Shown: positions 35,401 through 50,400 of the stretch, piece by piece
How the letters are laid out: every line of letters starts with the position of its first letter
Numbering within the stretch: position 1 is the first letter of the stretch
The notes under the pieces: generated by a model
Databases searched by the model: none
Seen by the model: the letters and a program-made list of their open reading frames with translations, nothing else
What the model was told of the DNA's origin: nothing
Assembly: GCF_964355755.1 (NCBI RefSeq)
Contig: NC_092680.1
Coordinates: 6,944,001 to 7,008,000 of the forward strand
DNA length: 64,000 nt
Direction: 5' to 3'
From: Antedon mediterranea
Lineage: Eukaryota > Animalia > Echinodermata
Made by a program: the position numbers and the translations under genes

Positions 35401-38400
35401 TACAGACCTAAAAATTAACTGGAAACTTACATTGCCTGGACGGTTGGGTGGAACAGAATCTATTGGGACTTGTTGCCATGGTGCTGTGGTTTGCTTGAAC
35501 AAACCAGTTTTAAAGTTTTCTTGAATTTCATCAAGAGAAAACCTACAGACAGCAGATCCTGGTATTTCATGTCTGTTGAAAAAAATGGTAATTAATGTAA
35601 CGTAATAAAAATGAAATGTAATATAAATGTAATTTAATGTAATAAATGTTTAACATAATGTAATAAAAATGTAATTTAATGTAACATAATGTAATAAAAC
35701 TGCAATCTAATATAAATGTAACATAATGTAATAAAAATGCAATGTAATAAATATGTAATAATGTAATAAAATCTACAGTAATATATCGTAATAACAATGC
35801 AATGATATAATAAAAATGTAATGTAATAAAAATAAAATGAATTATGTAAAATGGAGATGTTTCAATTCTTTTACTCAGACATAATTCATTTTATTTATTT
35901 CGATACCAAGCACAGACAAAAAACACATGCATGGTACCATAGATAGCCCTCTAAATCCCCCAAAAGGGGACTTATATCCTGAGGGGTCCCGAAGCATCCT
36001 AATACTACTGCATAATATTTGCAAATTTTGGTTTTTCCATGTGGTGCAACAGTGAACATATGGAAAACATAGGCACAAAGGAAGCTATAGATTTACTTCC
36101 TTGGGTTATTAGTCAGTTATTTCTTTCGATATAAAAGTCCTCTTTGTAAGCACTTTACAAACTCTCTGAACTTTAAGGTATCTTGTTTAATAATAAAACA
36201 TTATTAATATGGTCTGTATTTCAACAACTACTTCAGCTTATGGGCACTGAGGGATAACTTTCAGTTTTACGTCATCTATTTATTAATTCATTGATATAAT
36301 GTAAAATACTCACTCTCCTGTTGTAAAGATGCCATAATAAAATACTTTATTCTCTTCAACAACCCGCACAATATCCTCTGAAATAAAACAAATTATACTA
36401 TTAATTGAAATTAGTTATTAAAAAAACCATTCATTTTGGTATTGATTGATCTTATCACAAACAACTACACTCCTAATTCGTACATATTTAATGCTTGGCA
36501 CATTGTAAAGTTCTTGTTGGCATCCAGTCATATTTTTGCTTTTTTACATATAGGTTCGTGGAATATTTCAGACGGATTTCCATCATGTCTCCAATTATTT
36601 TTAAAAACTTGTTATGAGTTATATAATATAATACAGGTATTGTACAAACGCCAAGTACTTAAATATCCGGTACATGACCTTACCTTAGCTACACCAAGAA
36701 CAAAATTAATCCTACAAAATCTATAATTTCCTTTCAGATAAAATCTATCATTCATAAATATTACAGGGGTAAAACGATAATGTTTAACAATACAATCTGT
36801 TAATATCAAGTTTATTGTGAAAACCAATTTTAACTTCATCAATCTGATTCATACAAACCATCCTGGTTTCCAGAGACCCCATTTCATTTTGTAAATACTG
36901 AATTATGAATAAACATATTCATATTTTCTTATAATTTATTTTTAAACTTACGCAGGTAGTTGAAGTAGAATGGAAAATCTCCATGAAACGAACAGTCTAG
37001 TCTAGCTTTCAGAAAAGTGGTCCATGTTACGTCATGTCCGTTATCGTTTGTACAAACACGGGCAACTCGAGAATAGTACATCTGCAATGATAAAAATAGA
37101 TATCATTTGTAAAATGTTATTAACCATGCTAAATAGAGAATACTAATAGTAAGTGTCTCTGCAATATGATGACCATATACGGTTATGGTTTGATTATCAA
37201 ACAGTTCATTTCAACAGATTATCCCTCTTGAAGTAGTGTACACTACTTCAACCTATTCAATACAGAATAAACGGCTATAATAGCCTACTTCAGGAGCAGC
37301 TCATCTAAAACTTGTCCCAATCTCCTATTTCATTTAATGGATAAAAACGAATAAAATTCACATAATGGATGAACAATAATGTGCAGAAGAGAGAGCGAAA
37401 CCAAGATTCTGACAGACACACGACTTAAATAATTGGATGACTTTTGCAATTTCTGTTCCGCTTCTTTTTAAGCTGGTAAACAGGACACAAGTGTTATGAA
37501 ACCGCATTTATGATATTGAGAAAAAAAAGTGGGAAAATGCAAGTCAACATAGAGAAAGTACATACACAATGGACGTCTTACTAGATAGGCTACATAATCC
37601 TATATGTAGTTAATCTATAAAGTAGCATAAAGATGTTCCCCACCCCCAAGAAATGGACTGTTCCATTTACAAAAACAACAAATATAATGCTAACTGGGAA
37701 TTAAATTTAGTTGATCTTATTACGTGGATTAAATTATAGAAATTAATGCAATATCAAGCAAGATGGTTCAATACTGTATGTAACTAAAAAAACACAAATA
37801 CTATCGCTAATAATTCAATATTGAGTTTAGACAGTGATACCAATAACTGCATTAGATATGATCACTAGAGATAATTATAGCCTTGAAAATTTACCAAAAA
37901 GACCAAATGCTAACTTCTACGCATTATTGCCGACTTCCTATGACTCAAATGTAACATATTTTATGCAAAATCTGTAAATTCTACAAATTTTAACAAAACT
38001 CAATAACAATTGTTGTCCATGGCCAATCATTCATCAAATCTTCCAAGTCTGTCGTGGTCAAATCTATTTCAAATTTATGTAAAACTTCACAAATATAACA
38101 ATATACAATTGGATCTGTTCAAATCCATATGTAGGCGATTGAAAGCAGGTAGCTTACCTCCATGCCGCCTCCACCTTCATAAATTCTACCCATTTCAAAA
38201 TCATACAACAATACTACTGTATAAACTTTTTTATCATTTTTATTTTCAACAATGCAACTTTGACCATGGTATTGATTATTATCATAAAATAATATAATTA
38301 CAGTACCATAATAATTTATACAAATACTGGAAAATAATTTATCTGCGATAGTTTTATTTGTTATAAATGCTAGAATGATTAAAAACCTTTCTAAAAGGGA

Positions 38401-41400
38401 AGACATTGATCATATGTTGTTGGCATTTAGAACAATATTTTATTCATTTGTTCTCAGCCAAACTGCCAGAGATGGATTAACAAAACTGTCTCGTAAAGGT
38501 CAATGAGAAATCTGTAGCAAATGCATACGTCGGTATACATATGAATGGACTACAAAAGCATATTACTTATGTGATTCTACGAAGATGAGACCTACCTTTC
38601 CTGTATATTGTGTTTCTATCGATATTTCTCGGAAAAAGAAAAATACTTCGTTTCCTTCTTGATATGATTTGATAAATTCTGGGACTGTAAATAAAATTAT
38701 ACAACTTAGAAAAAAATAATATCCTAGTGCAGTTACTGAATTTTGTTTACTGTAGAAATTTATAAGGCAGTTACTACAATAAACAAGTGTTTAAAATTCT
38801 TGATGATGATCAAATAAAGATTGAAACGTCAAACAATGTCTTTCCTCTCGTTAGCAATGATTACCCAAAACAAGCTTGCTAAAAATAAGTTTAAAGCTCT
38901 TAAGCTATGTCTACACTTTTAAACTAGTATGATGTGCCCAAATGTGGTAGTGATATGGTTAAACATCATGTCCATATATGGGCACATCACATTTTTTTCT
39001 CAAATAAAGTTTGATAGTGTGGACAGAGCTGTAGAGTCAACAATGTACAGTACAGTAGTAGCATGAACTGTACGACGTTATAAATGTACTAGAGTACAGA
39101 ATACTATTATATCAAATTACGTATTATATCAAATTACGATGATAACATTTATCATGAACCAAAGATCATTTAATTAAAATTAATTAAGATGCATGATAAA
39201 GTTGATTAATCCTTCCCTTCATTAGTTGATTCAGAAATACATGATGACGAGATAAAGACTTTGGTTTCTTTTTAAATAATTCCCCGATCATTCATCGCTG
39301 TCGCGGACAGTAAACAAGTTATTATTAGATCCAATAATGTATACATATAGTACATTCTGTCGATTAATCAATTAATTAGGACACATTACAAACAATACAT
39401 TATTATGGGATGGCCATTATTTGTAGTTTCATTTCTTTCCTTTTTGTGTTGTAATAGAAAAAAACTTATTTTTACATAAACTGTAATCAATATACTGTAC
39501 AGTAATTGCATTTATAAAAATATTAGAAGATCTATTTTTTTTACTCCAATAATTACAAATCTTTTATCAACTACAAGAATTAAAGTTTGTCAGAAGCTAT
39601 ATCTTTATTTAATTTATGTTTTTTGCTTGAATCTTGAAGATTTCATTGATCCGTCAGTATTTATTAAGTTTCATTTTATCACAGTTTGTCAATCATGTAT
39701 TTTTTTCTATTATTGTACGAAGTTCTTTGTCTCCTATCGGTGAGAATAGGCCAATGTTGGGTTATCCAGGTAAGATTAGCACGAAATAGATTTAAAGACA
39801 CTTTTTGGAGAGGCCTTGATGCTACAAATGCTAATCATTGTGAGTAGCATTTGTTTTATTTATTCATACTAAAAATACTGAAAAATCTATAGGCTACTGA
39901 AGATTAAGAAAAGGTATTATTTGCTTTGTAATTTCATACTTACAATTTAACCATACAGAATCTGATTGTTTAGTAACAAGTTCTGGGTACAACTCTGCAT
40001 TGCCCAAAGATCTAGTCAAGACTGACTCTCTTTCATTGAAGTCGGCAACTGTACCGGCATACAAGCTTCCATCTGAAATAATTTATAAATAAGGTATTAT
40101 TATATGTATACACAAATTATAGTACAGGTAAATGCATCAGTGCCGTTTCAACGAGAAAGTCGTGCGGTGGTCACAAGAAAAGGGAACAATCTCTCTGCAG
40201 GCTATAGGGTTGTTAAATGCCTCTATGAAAAAGTGGTCAGGTTGAAACATTCAACTATATTGGTGGCTACAGCCCTGTGCATAATATTTATTAAATTTTT
40301 TAAAGATTGTAAAAATTGTACTGTATTTGAATTCGAATTTGAATCGTGCGTGTCCAGGAATAAACATGAGATGATCTTGGTCTATAAATAAAGTTGAATC
40401 GTATTATAATTGGGTATCAGAAATACTGTATATATAACAGGTATATATCCTGAAAACACTAGGTTATATTATGTTTGAATGATTATTATAATATAGTGCA
40501 AAAGATATAAAAGTACAAAATTATCATATAAAGTCATTAATAGTATTATTAGGCTTCTGAAGATGTTGGACTATTCAAGGTGTATTACCATAGATACAAA
40601 TGAATTGAAACACTGTTGGCAAGGTAATGCCAAAATATCACACAATTTACATACAGCATTCATCTATATTATTATGATGAGAGACAATATGTCATTTTAT
40701 TGTAAATAGTCTAATTTGCAAGATTATGCAATGAATATAAATCGAGATATGTAGTGGAATTTGTCACTTTAATAAATATTCCATTTCACTGATGCATCCT
40801 TCAAAATACCTTTGTCCATCATGAACAAAACATTAACATTTAAATGCAATGTGCATAAATTATACGACTACCATTTTCCATTTTAAATTTTTAAGTATTT
40901 TATTGTTAAATTTTAATATCAACTTGGGCGTCATTTGAACATATTTCAACAGAATTTGCGCAATATAAATGCATAAATTATAATTATTTCTAACTAATCA
41001 TTATTTTGGCAAATGGTCACAAGCGGGCAAGCTGTTTGTCTGGTTTTCGATTTAAAAATAAGCCTTTTAAGATTTAGCTGGAACCAAGAATATTGATCTA
41101 CAGTATGTAGAATATATATATAATTATGTCACATTATTACTAGGAACCGTGCAAAAATGGAGAAGATAATCATTATTACATGCGCAAGAACATGTTAGTT
41201 AATACGGCCATATAATATTTCCATCTGAAATGAATCTCTTAAACAAGCCCCTTTCTGTAATGGATGTGATAGCTGAAATGCATGTAATACCTATTGATTT
41301 TAAGCGAGTGTAGAAAGAAATAAATTAGATTTAGCAGCTAAGTTATAGTGGTTTTTAGACAAAGACTCATAAATTTAGTCGATGACAATTATTTAAGTAA

Positions 41401-44400
41401 AAACAGAATGTACTGCATTGGTGTTAAAAATGGTCCAATGAGAATTTTCATGCACCAAATAATTTATTATCATAAAAATGAAAAATTACACCAATTTCAT
41501 GACTGTATTACTACATATTATGGTATATTTAAATATTATAATTATTATTAAGTATTTTATTTTATCTTTAGTCCATCTTGCTAATTAATAGGATACTCAT
41601 CATATCTTCATTTAATAAATATTATTTGAGTTTGATATATATATATTGTAATTGATCTTTACTTAACATTTTGGATTCCTCACTATCTTTACACTGAGTA
41701 TTTATAATAATAGAGTTTTCTATCTACTGTACAGGTATTTATATTCATGCTTACAACTATGGATTCCTCATATCTTTACACCTTTACTGTAAGATATTTC
41801 TATCACTTCTTTCATTATGTCAATGATGTGTACATGAAAGTATCAATCAATGACTCATATAGAGTGTGTAGAGCTGTCCCTATAGTCTTGACATTTGATA
41901 ACAAGAAATCAATATAATTGTGGACACTCTCATTCACAAAATCTCAACACAAACATTTACGAGGATTTTCCAACATTTTCATTAAGTGCTTGATAAATTA
42001 ACCTAATAAACAGTCGATGAATTACTAGTGAGAAAAATGTGGAATTAATTTCACTTCAATGTTAAAATACTGCACCTGTATTTTAATTGCATCAATAACA
42101 GCTAGACAAATTAAAATTTCTCATAAATATTCACAATCGATAATGTAGTGTTCCTAGGCTGGTAGCGTTCCCTAGTAACCAACAACAAATGGGAAACTGT
42201 TCGCACTGCGAACCAGACTATCCGGGGTTGATTTCATGGTGAATGAATTCCACATCACTCACTCGGTTATTTAGCAGACACGTTCATTTTTACATGTACA
42301 CCATTGACATTTGACAGCAGTTCAACATTTGTGAATTCTATATAACCCTGGGTAAGACACTGTACTCCCCCAGGTCCTGGTTACTGTACCCCAGGTATGA
42401 TCTTGAGTAGTGTATGACCTATGTGTCAATTACAGGCCTTCTGTATAATTGTTTTGTTTCATCAATCTTGTATACTCCTAGCAAATCATGCAGTAGTACA
42501 AAATGATATGACTGATAAAGATATTATACAACATATAGTTAACATAACTAGAAACATATATATATATATTAATCAATATAAACTTACCTGCAAACAAAGC
42601 AGTATTTTTCTGATCTTTATTAAAAGGACACTTTAACAATCCGTCTGAAACATTAGATTCTTTTCTTTCCCATTGACTTTCTATATTTGACATATCAACC
42701 TATAAAAGTAAATAAAACTATTTTCACCTGTTTCGTGCAAATAAATCGTTTAGTACAATCGTTTTGTAAAATTCAATGCTACTGCAGTATAAATGTAAAA
42801 GGTGAGACTTATTACTGAATTAGACAAATGGGTCTATTGGTTTCTATTTTGATTGTTACCCAGACAAACGCCTCAATAAGGTAATAATGTCAAGTACAGT
42901 ACTACTGTAGTATGTTTGAATTTTGACAGCGAAGATGTATTACCAGTAGTGGAAAGGTCGCCTTAGTAGCTAGTCTATCTTACAGATGGCTTAATAATTA
43001 TGTACCATTTAGCCTTTGTTTCCACAGTAGTACATAGAAATGCATTGATGTGCTACAGTAAGTATGTGTATAAAATAATAGTGTGGAGTATATAGACCAT
43101 AATGATGTGTTTATAATAAATTCCATTGCTGGTTTTAACAAACGCCTACAGAACTGTACACCCTCAAACTTTGGGGGAAGGGGGAGGGGAAACAGCCATT
43201 GTGTGGTTTTTATCACTGCTCATAAAACGCTTAATTTATTTAAAACAGTAAGTAATTTCCACACATCTTTATGTAATTAAAAAAATTAAAAACACTGTTT
43301 TAAAATTTGTAATTCATTAAATAAACACTAGGTCTATTGATATGCAACAAGTGACTGGCTTAATACTTGGCCCTGCCATATTCCATAATAAGGAGGTATA
43401 ATAGGTCAAACATATGGTACGAGTTATATTTATGCTAGTCTATAAATGCTCAAGAATAGGTTCAATAAAACAAAAACAGGTGTACTGTTGATGGAGGGTT
43501 TATAAAACCAACATCAAGGAAATTGGAAGGTACACCTAATATGAATCAAGATTAAGAAAATTTAAACACCCTTGAAAAAAATATAAAGCAATTATGTGCA
43601 AATGTTTATGCAATTTAAACAACATAAATAATGATTTGGATCAAGGACAATCAATTAATTCATTACTGTAAAGTACTGTTTGTTGTTGCTGAGATATGCA
43701 AATAATTGTCATGACATCACAACAACGCATATATCACTGAGTAGTACTGTATGCTTCTAACAAAGGCTTTGTATTATCAGTGGGTGTGTTCCTCCTGCAT
43801 ACAGTAATCAGCATTATAGATTAAGGGGGGGGGGGGCTAAATATTTCATAAACGATAAAAACTATCCGTCGGGTTACAGAAAAAATAGTCAAAAGACATG
43901 GCTGTTTGGATAAAACCTGTTTAGCCCCGACATAACTCCGCGTCTGATAATCACACATGTAGGCCAAACCCTTAGTAAGTTAGTATAAAATAAATTTAAT
44001 TAATAAACAGCACTGTACAAACCGCTGTTTGTGCTCCCCCCCCCCCCCCCCCCAAAAAAAATAAAAATCAGTGGGAGGATTTTGCTTTAAACGTCATCAT
44101 TACGCAAAACGTGACGTTCTCGGACGGATGTTTGATTTAACTAATCGAATGTTATTGTCTAGCATACACGTAGGCCTAAATAAGTAAATTGTTTATTTCT
44201 CTGGTTAAAAGCTTAAATTCTAAAATAACTAGATTTCATGGAATACTGTAACACTTATATTATGAATTATAGATGATTGACGTTCAAACATTACAATATG
44301 TTTTACACTTTATTTTTAGACTGCCACATGGGTTGAAATTTGTTCAGTTTCCGTTACCAAGAAAACGTATGATGGGTAATTTATTCACATCCTGTATCTC

Positions 44401-47400
44401 AATACAGTAGAAACAGACTCCATAATACTATTAATATTTAATAGTACTATACTACAGCATCACATGATAAGCTGCTGGCCCAAATGAATGTTAACTGTAC
44501 CCTTGATAAAATAACCCTGACCTACAGTATACCTATACAAGTACACCTGAACTACCTGGTAACTAAATACAATTAAATCTTGATAGATTATCAATAGTAG
44601 GTCTGTTTGCTTCTTAATGTCCATGAATAGGTTTAAGATGTAGTGACTGGTCATGATCACTGTGGCCTGTATGTCAATGACCAGTTTTGGCCAAAGGATA
44701 TTTCAGATATGAATCGGAAAATTGTATTGAATTCTCTAAAGTAGTAAATAAGAACCATTATGAAACTCGTTTAGTGTTTGTGTTCACGTATGATAAAATA
44801 TGGTGGCCTTCTATTTTAAATTGAATTATATTTTTTTTCCTAATTTAGATCTTTTTGTATTTTTCACAAATATTGGACAAGTTCAAGAAGCCAGAAGCAA
44901 TTAAATTTAATTGAACACAGAGCCTATGAATATTCATTAGGATATACCGAATATGAAATAGCAGGCTCATGAACATCATGATTAACAATGTTGGATGTTC
45001 ACACAATAAAACTGTTATCATGATCAACTCTGAATTTAATGACGATTGAGGTTTTTAAACAGAAAATGGACAATAGAAATGTTTGTGAATACAATTTAGA
45101 TTTTCATTTTTGACACGCAATTGTGGTTTTAACTGACACTTCTCCTTTCAGAATATGAAATTTAGTTACTGCATGTTTTATTCAAATGCTTTATTACAAA
45201 AACCAATTATGATTTCATTCTGCAAAAGAGAAATAAACAATTTTGGTGTTTTTAACAGTCTTACAATAACCAGTATTTTGTAAGTTAGTCATGTTTCTAA
45301 GAAATTGGAAGACATTTATTTACACAATTTATTTACTAAAGCCTGTTTCATTCTTGTAAAACAGTATGCAATTGTGGACATTTATTTTCACTTTAAACCA
45401 GTTACCAGAAGTTGGTCACGATTCTGAAGAATTTATTCACACTTTATACTTAAACTAATTATTTTCCCACATCATAAACAGGTTCATAGATACAGTACAA
45501 TATAGCAAAATAAATCATAAATAACATATTTTCACGCCGAGAATATGAACCCGTCTTGCGGAATACGAAACAAATTTGTAGTGAATATGTTTGTTTTTCA
45601 AAGGTATTGGTCAATTTTATTTGTATACTGTACCATAATACACATCTACTAAGTTTAATCAAAATGGAAAAAATAAAATTAAGAATATTACAAGTTACAA
45701 TTAATAATTCACAACAGTTAAATCTTTGTAGTATTTTAATTTCCAGTTAATTAATAGAATGACTAACACATCTTACGAAACAGGATGTGGGATCAAATAA
45801 GGACACAGTGAACCCTAAAACAGACAATCCATCACCAAAATGTGACCAAGCAGCACAGTAAACTAATCTGATTGCTGGCATGGTGCCTGTTGACGTAGTC
45901 GCTCCTTGTGGTATCAATTGTAGAACGTGATTGGTGCAAAGTTGCACCCATTACATGGATATCCAGGAAGTCAGCTGACATTCCCAATGGGAGCCTATTT
46001 ATTTCATTGAAACCACAAGGTGTGCTCATCGGTGTCCTGTTGCTAAAACCTAACACCAGGTCATTTGGTTACCATGGAAATGATGACATAAAATCATCAG
46101 AGAGTAGTTTTTTGAAATGGAACCTTATACAACACAATAATAATACACTACAGATGGGTTTTTATGGAGCTTTTTGTTATCATACTTGGAAAGCTCTGAC
46201 GATAAAAGTTTTTCTTTTGAGAATTGAATAACCGTTTTTCCAGTAAAATAATTATTTTATGAATATGTCTAAATTATGACACTGTATGAACTTCAGATTT
46301 AGCCAACTGTATGTTGAACTACAATTATGAAATAGTTGTTTATTTAGGTTATTACAGGTCATATTTACTCTCAAAATGAACTACTAACAGGACCCAACAT
46401 TCACCCTAGCAAACTAACAATTTGCTACAGTAGTACTTACACTGCAGATTTTTTGAATGATAATACAGTAGTACTGTATAAAGTACAACTGAAAATTAAT
46501 CAATGTCATATTATTATTGAAAAACAAAGGCAAATAAATCATAACTGATGGCTAGTCAAATTCAAGGTAAAATCCCTCTACTATATTCCTTCTACATAAT
46601 TCATTGATTTTCGCATTAATAATATCGTGCTGTAGTTTAGCGATAGCATACTGAATACCGAATAAATAAACATATATATTTTTAAACAAATTGTATCCAG
46701 TGTTTTTGAATATTTTAGAAATTATCAGGAAAACTGTATTTCTTACTGCAAGATTCCAGAAATATTATGACAAATTTTTTTTTTAAAGTTACTAATTACA
46801 GTACACTTACATTTTGAACAGTGCATTAGGTTGTTCAGATATAATTTATCAAGGAAAGGAGAAGGTACTGTAAAGGGTTAAATGTCCCCAAGGATTTAGA
46901 AATTTATGTGGTATTGTATCAATATTATAATGGATAAAAAACAATTAAATTATACTCTATATTTGTATTTATTTTTTTGGTGTTTTTTTTTGGGCAAGAA
47001 ATATCATAAAATGATGATACATTGATACCAATAAATCAAAATATAATAAAAAAAAACAATTCATCCTTACCTGAAGATTAAGACAAGTTGGTTTTTGTGC
47101 ATAGGTTCCACAAATAAGTAACCTTCCGTTAACTTTATCTGGTGCTATCACTTTAATATAATTCTGGCAATCATCCTCACTTTTCCCTTTTATAAGACAC
47201 ATTGTTTTTGACCGAGAATCTGGTACCCATTCTAATTTTTTAGATGATGCTATATCTAGTTCATGATTTAAATTGAAAATGTACAGAGAGTTATTTGCCC
47301 CAATCAACATGGCTGGCCAATCAGGCAGTATTTGTATTTGAGTAATGTGTGTAAGATTAGTGTTTCTAACAGTACTGCTGGTTAAATCTGAAAGACAAAA

Positions 47401-50400
47401 GATATTAAGAATAAATAATTGATGATCTTTTCCAATCAATATGAACTTGAATACAATGTCTTTAAACCCACTAAAGCTGACCATATCAGTATCACTTCTT
47501 TAACAAATAATTAAAAAGAACAAATGCTTGATAGTGCAAAACATTATATGGGGAAATGCGTGTGAATTATTTAAAAAAAAATGATAATTAAAAAAAACAA
47601 TACTGTACTAACTTAAAAATACTAATATCAAAAGTCCACAATTTAAAAATACTAATGTCAAAAGTCCACCATATGTTATCGTCAAAAGCACTAAAAATAA
47701 TATATAAGTATGTGTAAAATGTAATCATAAAGTTAAACAGGAAGGGTCAATATTTTGTATTCATTGTTCGTTAATCTATGCTTTAATTGTTTTGTATCTC
47801 TTGCCTCTCATTAGAATTCTCTACCTGGAAAGAAGAACTTATTAAACACATGTTTGTAACAATGTATTATGTAAAGTGATTAAAATACTTTTGCTGCTGT
47901 ACAAAGTGACAAGTACTCAACTGCCCTGTAGTGCACTTACAACATGTTGTTGATTTGATTAGAGTAGGTAACAAATTATAGAAAAACTCTTAAATTCTTG
48001 TATTAGAAACAATATATATCGAAAGTGAACTAAAATAAAACAAATTTATACAAAACAAATTTTAATTACCGTACAAATTAAAGGTTTGAAAGTAAAACAA
48101 AAACAATGAAATTAGTTTCAACTACAGTAATTGCATTTTAAATCCACTTTCTACTACTGTAGAGTATAGTAGTTAGAAATAAATAATGAAAATTAATACT
48201 GTATAATTTTATGGAATTTAGTCTGTACTCATTGGAAGAAATGAACATATAGATTGATACTTCATTATTAAATGTCCAAAATCATGAAAATAGTGGCCTA
48301 GCTGAAACAGTGGCTTAGCTGATCTTAAAGCCTACTTGCCTGACCCCCACCTCCTCCACAAAAACCCCAAATAGTGGCCTAACTGAAACAGTGGCTTACA
48401 GTAGCTGATCTTAAAGCCTACTTGCCTGATCCCAACCTCCTCCACAAAAACCCCAAATAATGGCCTAAATCAAACAGTGGCTTAGCTGATCTTAATACCG
48501 GGATGGTGTCCGGCGGGGGATAGTTTTACCTTAGTTAAGCATAGTTAAGCTTAGTTACATTTTTTTTTCACATTATTGATTGTCTCCATCCCCGAAACCT
48601 CGACTAAGAAATACCAGAATGGTGTCCGGCGGGGGATAGTTTATTACCATTAGTTAAGGTCTAATGTAAAGCACCTAGAGGGGTCAGTGATCCATTAGGC
48701 GCGATATAAATACTGTTTATTATTATTATTACTTGCCTGACCCCCACCTCCTCCACAAAACCCCAAACAATCCACCACACACACTCTTAAGTTTAGACAA
48801 TTCCACTGGCTATAATACCATATAGGAATTGCAGTAGTACTAATTACTTCATGCCATCACGATCAAATAAAAAAGAGGTACATGTATTTCCTTAAAAGGG
48901 CCCCTATAGGTTATTTACACACTAGTATAGCAGGATTAATGATTGTTAGTTCAATTCTCTGTTTGCTGATTTAGCCACCAGTTGATATAATTTGGTACCA
49001 TTGTTTACCCCTTAACGGGTTTTATAACAATGGCCCTAATTTGAATAAGAATGAACGCTTCCAATTGTTGTAAATATTTGTAAAACTAGTGTAACACACG
49101 ATCGCACCGGTACCAGTGCATGACAGCGAAAAAAACCAATGAATGGAGAAAAAAATTATGAAAATTTATAGGGTTGGAATACAACCTACAGTACACTTGC
49201 GATTATATTATTGCTATACATAAACCCAAGCCATTAATATTGTATATTGATAGATATGACTTAATAATCCTATATTAATATGATGCAAACTTTCATTTCC
49301 TGAGCTTAAGGCCTGCTTATAATTCTATATTAATATGCTATATACAGTACTAAGACGATAACCAACGATGATCAATTGAAAATAAAGAGATTTCATTCTA
49401 AGAACTACAGTATAACCATTTTACTGTCATTCTATGAAAATTATATATTATACAGTACAATCAAATGATATCATGATGAATAAGAACAATAAATGTATAC
49501 TTTTTATATCTACAGTATTTGTATCATTGTCCGTTATCGTGTAAACTGGTCTTTATTCTGCAATTATCTTTTTAAATTCCATTACAGGATAGTATACTGT
49601 GTACTCAAATTAAACACTACATTTTTAAATTATCAATTTTTACTATGTTTATTGTTACTATCCAACTTCTTTCTATTAAATAAAAAGACTTTTAGTTAAA
49701 TGTTCCAATTGTAAATTATTGTATATTTGACGTTTCTTTTTTCTATACATTTATAATTATTTATTTTATAACGTCATAATAAATAGAATTAGAAATTTGA
49801 TTGTTTTGTGGTTTTTTTGATGACAAGCTTCTTTGAACCAATATCTAATGCGTCATATCATACATTATTGACACTGTATATGGTCTTATAGGTTTAAAAA
49901 ATACTATTTAGCAGGCATTGATATGCAAATTACAAACTCAGAAACTAAGTCAATAAACCTTTTTTTCCAATTTGAATATAAAGGGAACAATAATGAAGGC
50001 CAGAGTTAAACAAGTTTGTCATTTAAGGAAAGTTAACGTTCAAAATAATGATTGGGAATATCCATCAACTGTCAACTAATAAAAAATATATATTATTGTA
50101 TAAGGTTTGATGAACTCAAAAGAATAAACAAAATTGTAAAAAACATCTGACAGATAAAATGTTAAAGTATCCTTATTATATTACTGTAGTAAGCCAACAT
50201 TAAAGCTACAGTACGTTTACACCATCTTTCCTCTAGTTATCAGTTAAATGGCGGTCAGTCAGAGTTACATTGAGGTTTTTTCTGTGTTCAAACACAAACA
50301 TTAACACTGGTTAAACATCCAATATCCCCCGAGAAGAAGCGCACGTTTAATGCTAAAGTACATTTTAAAAACAATCAAAATTAAAGTTTTCAGGTACTTT

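Noticed and set aside
39826-39856. Palindrome acaaatgcta...tagcatttgt as a fifth P-type scar
   Set aside because: Lacks a CANRG terminus and a flanking direct repeat.
45747-46231. Overlapping ORFs in the GC-richer intronic island
   Set aside because: No family motifs, and the semaphorin frame is complete without them.
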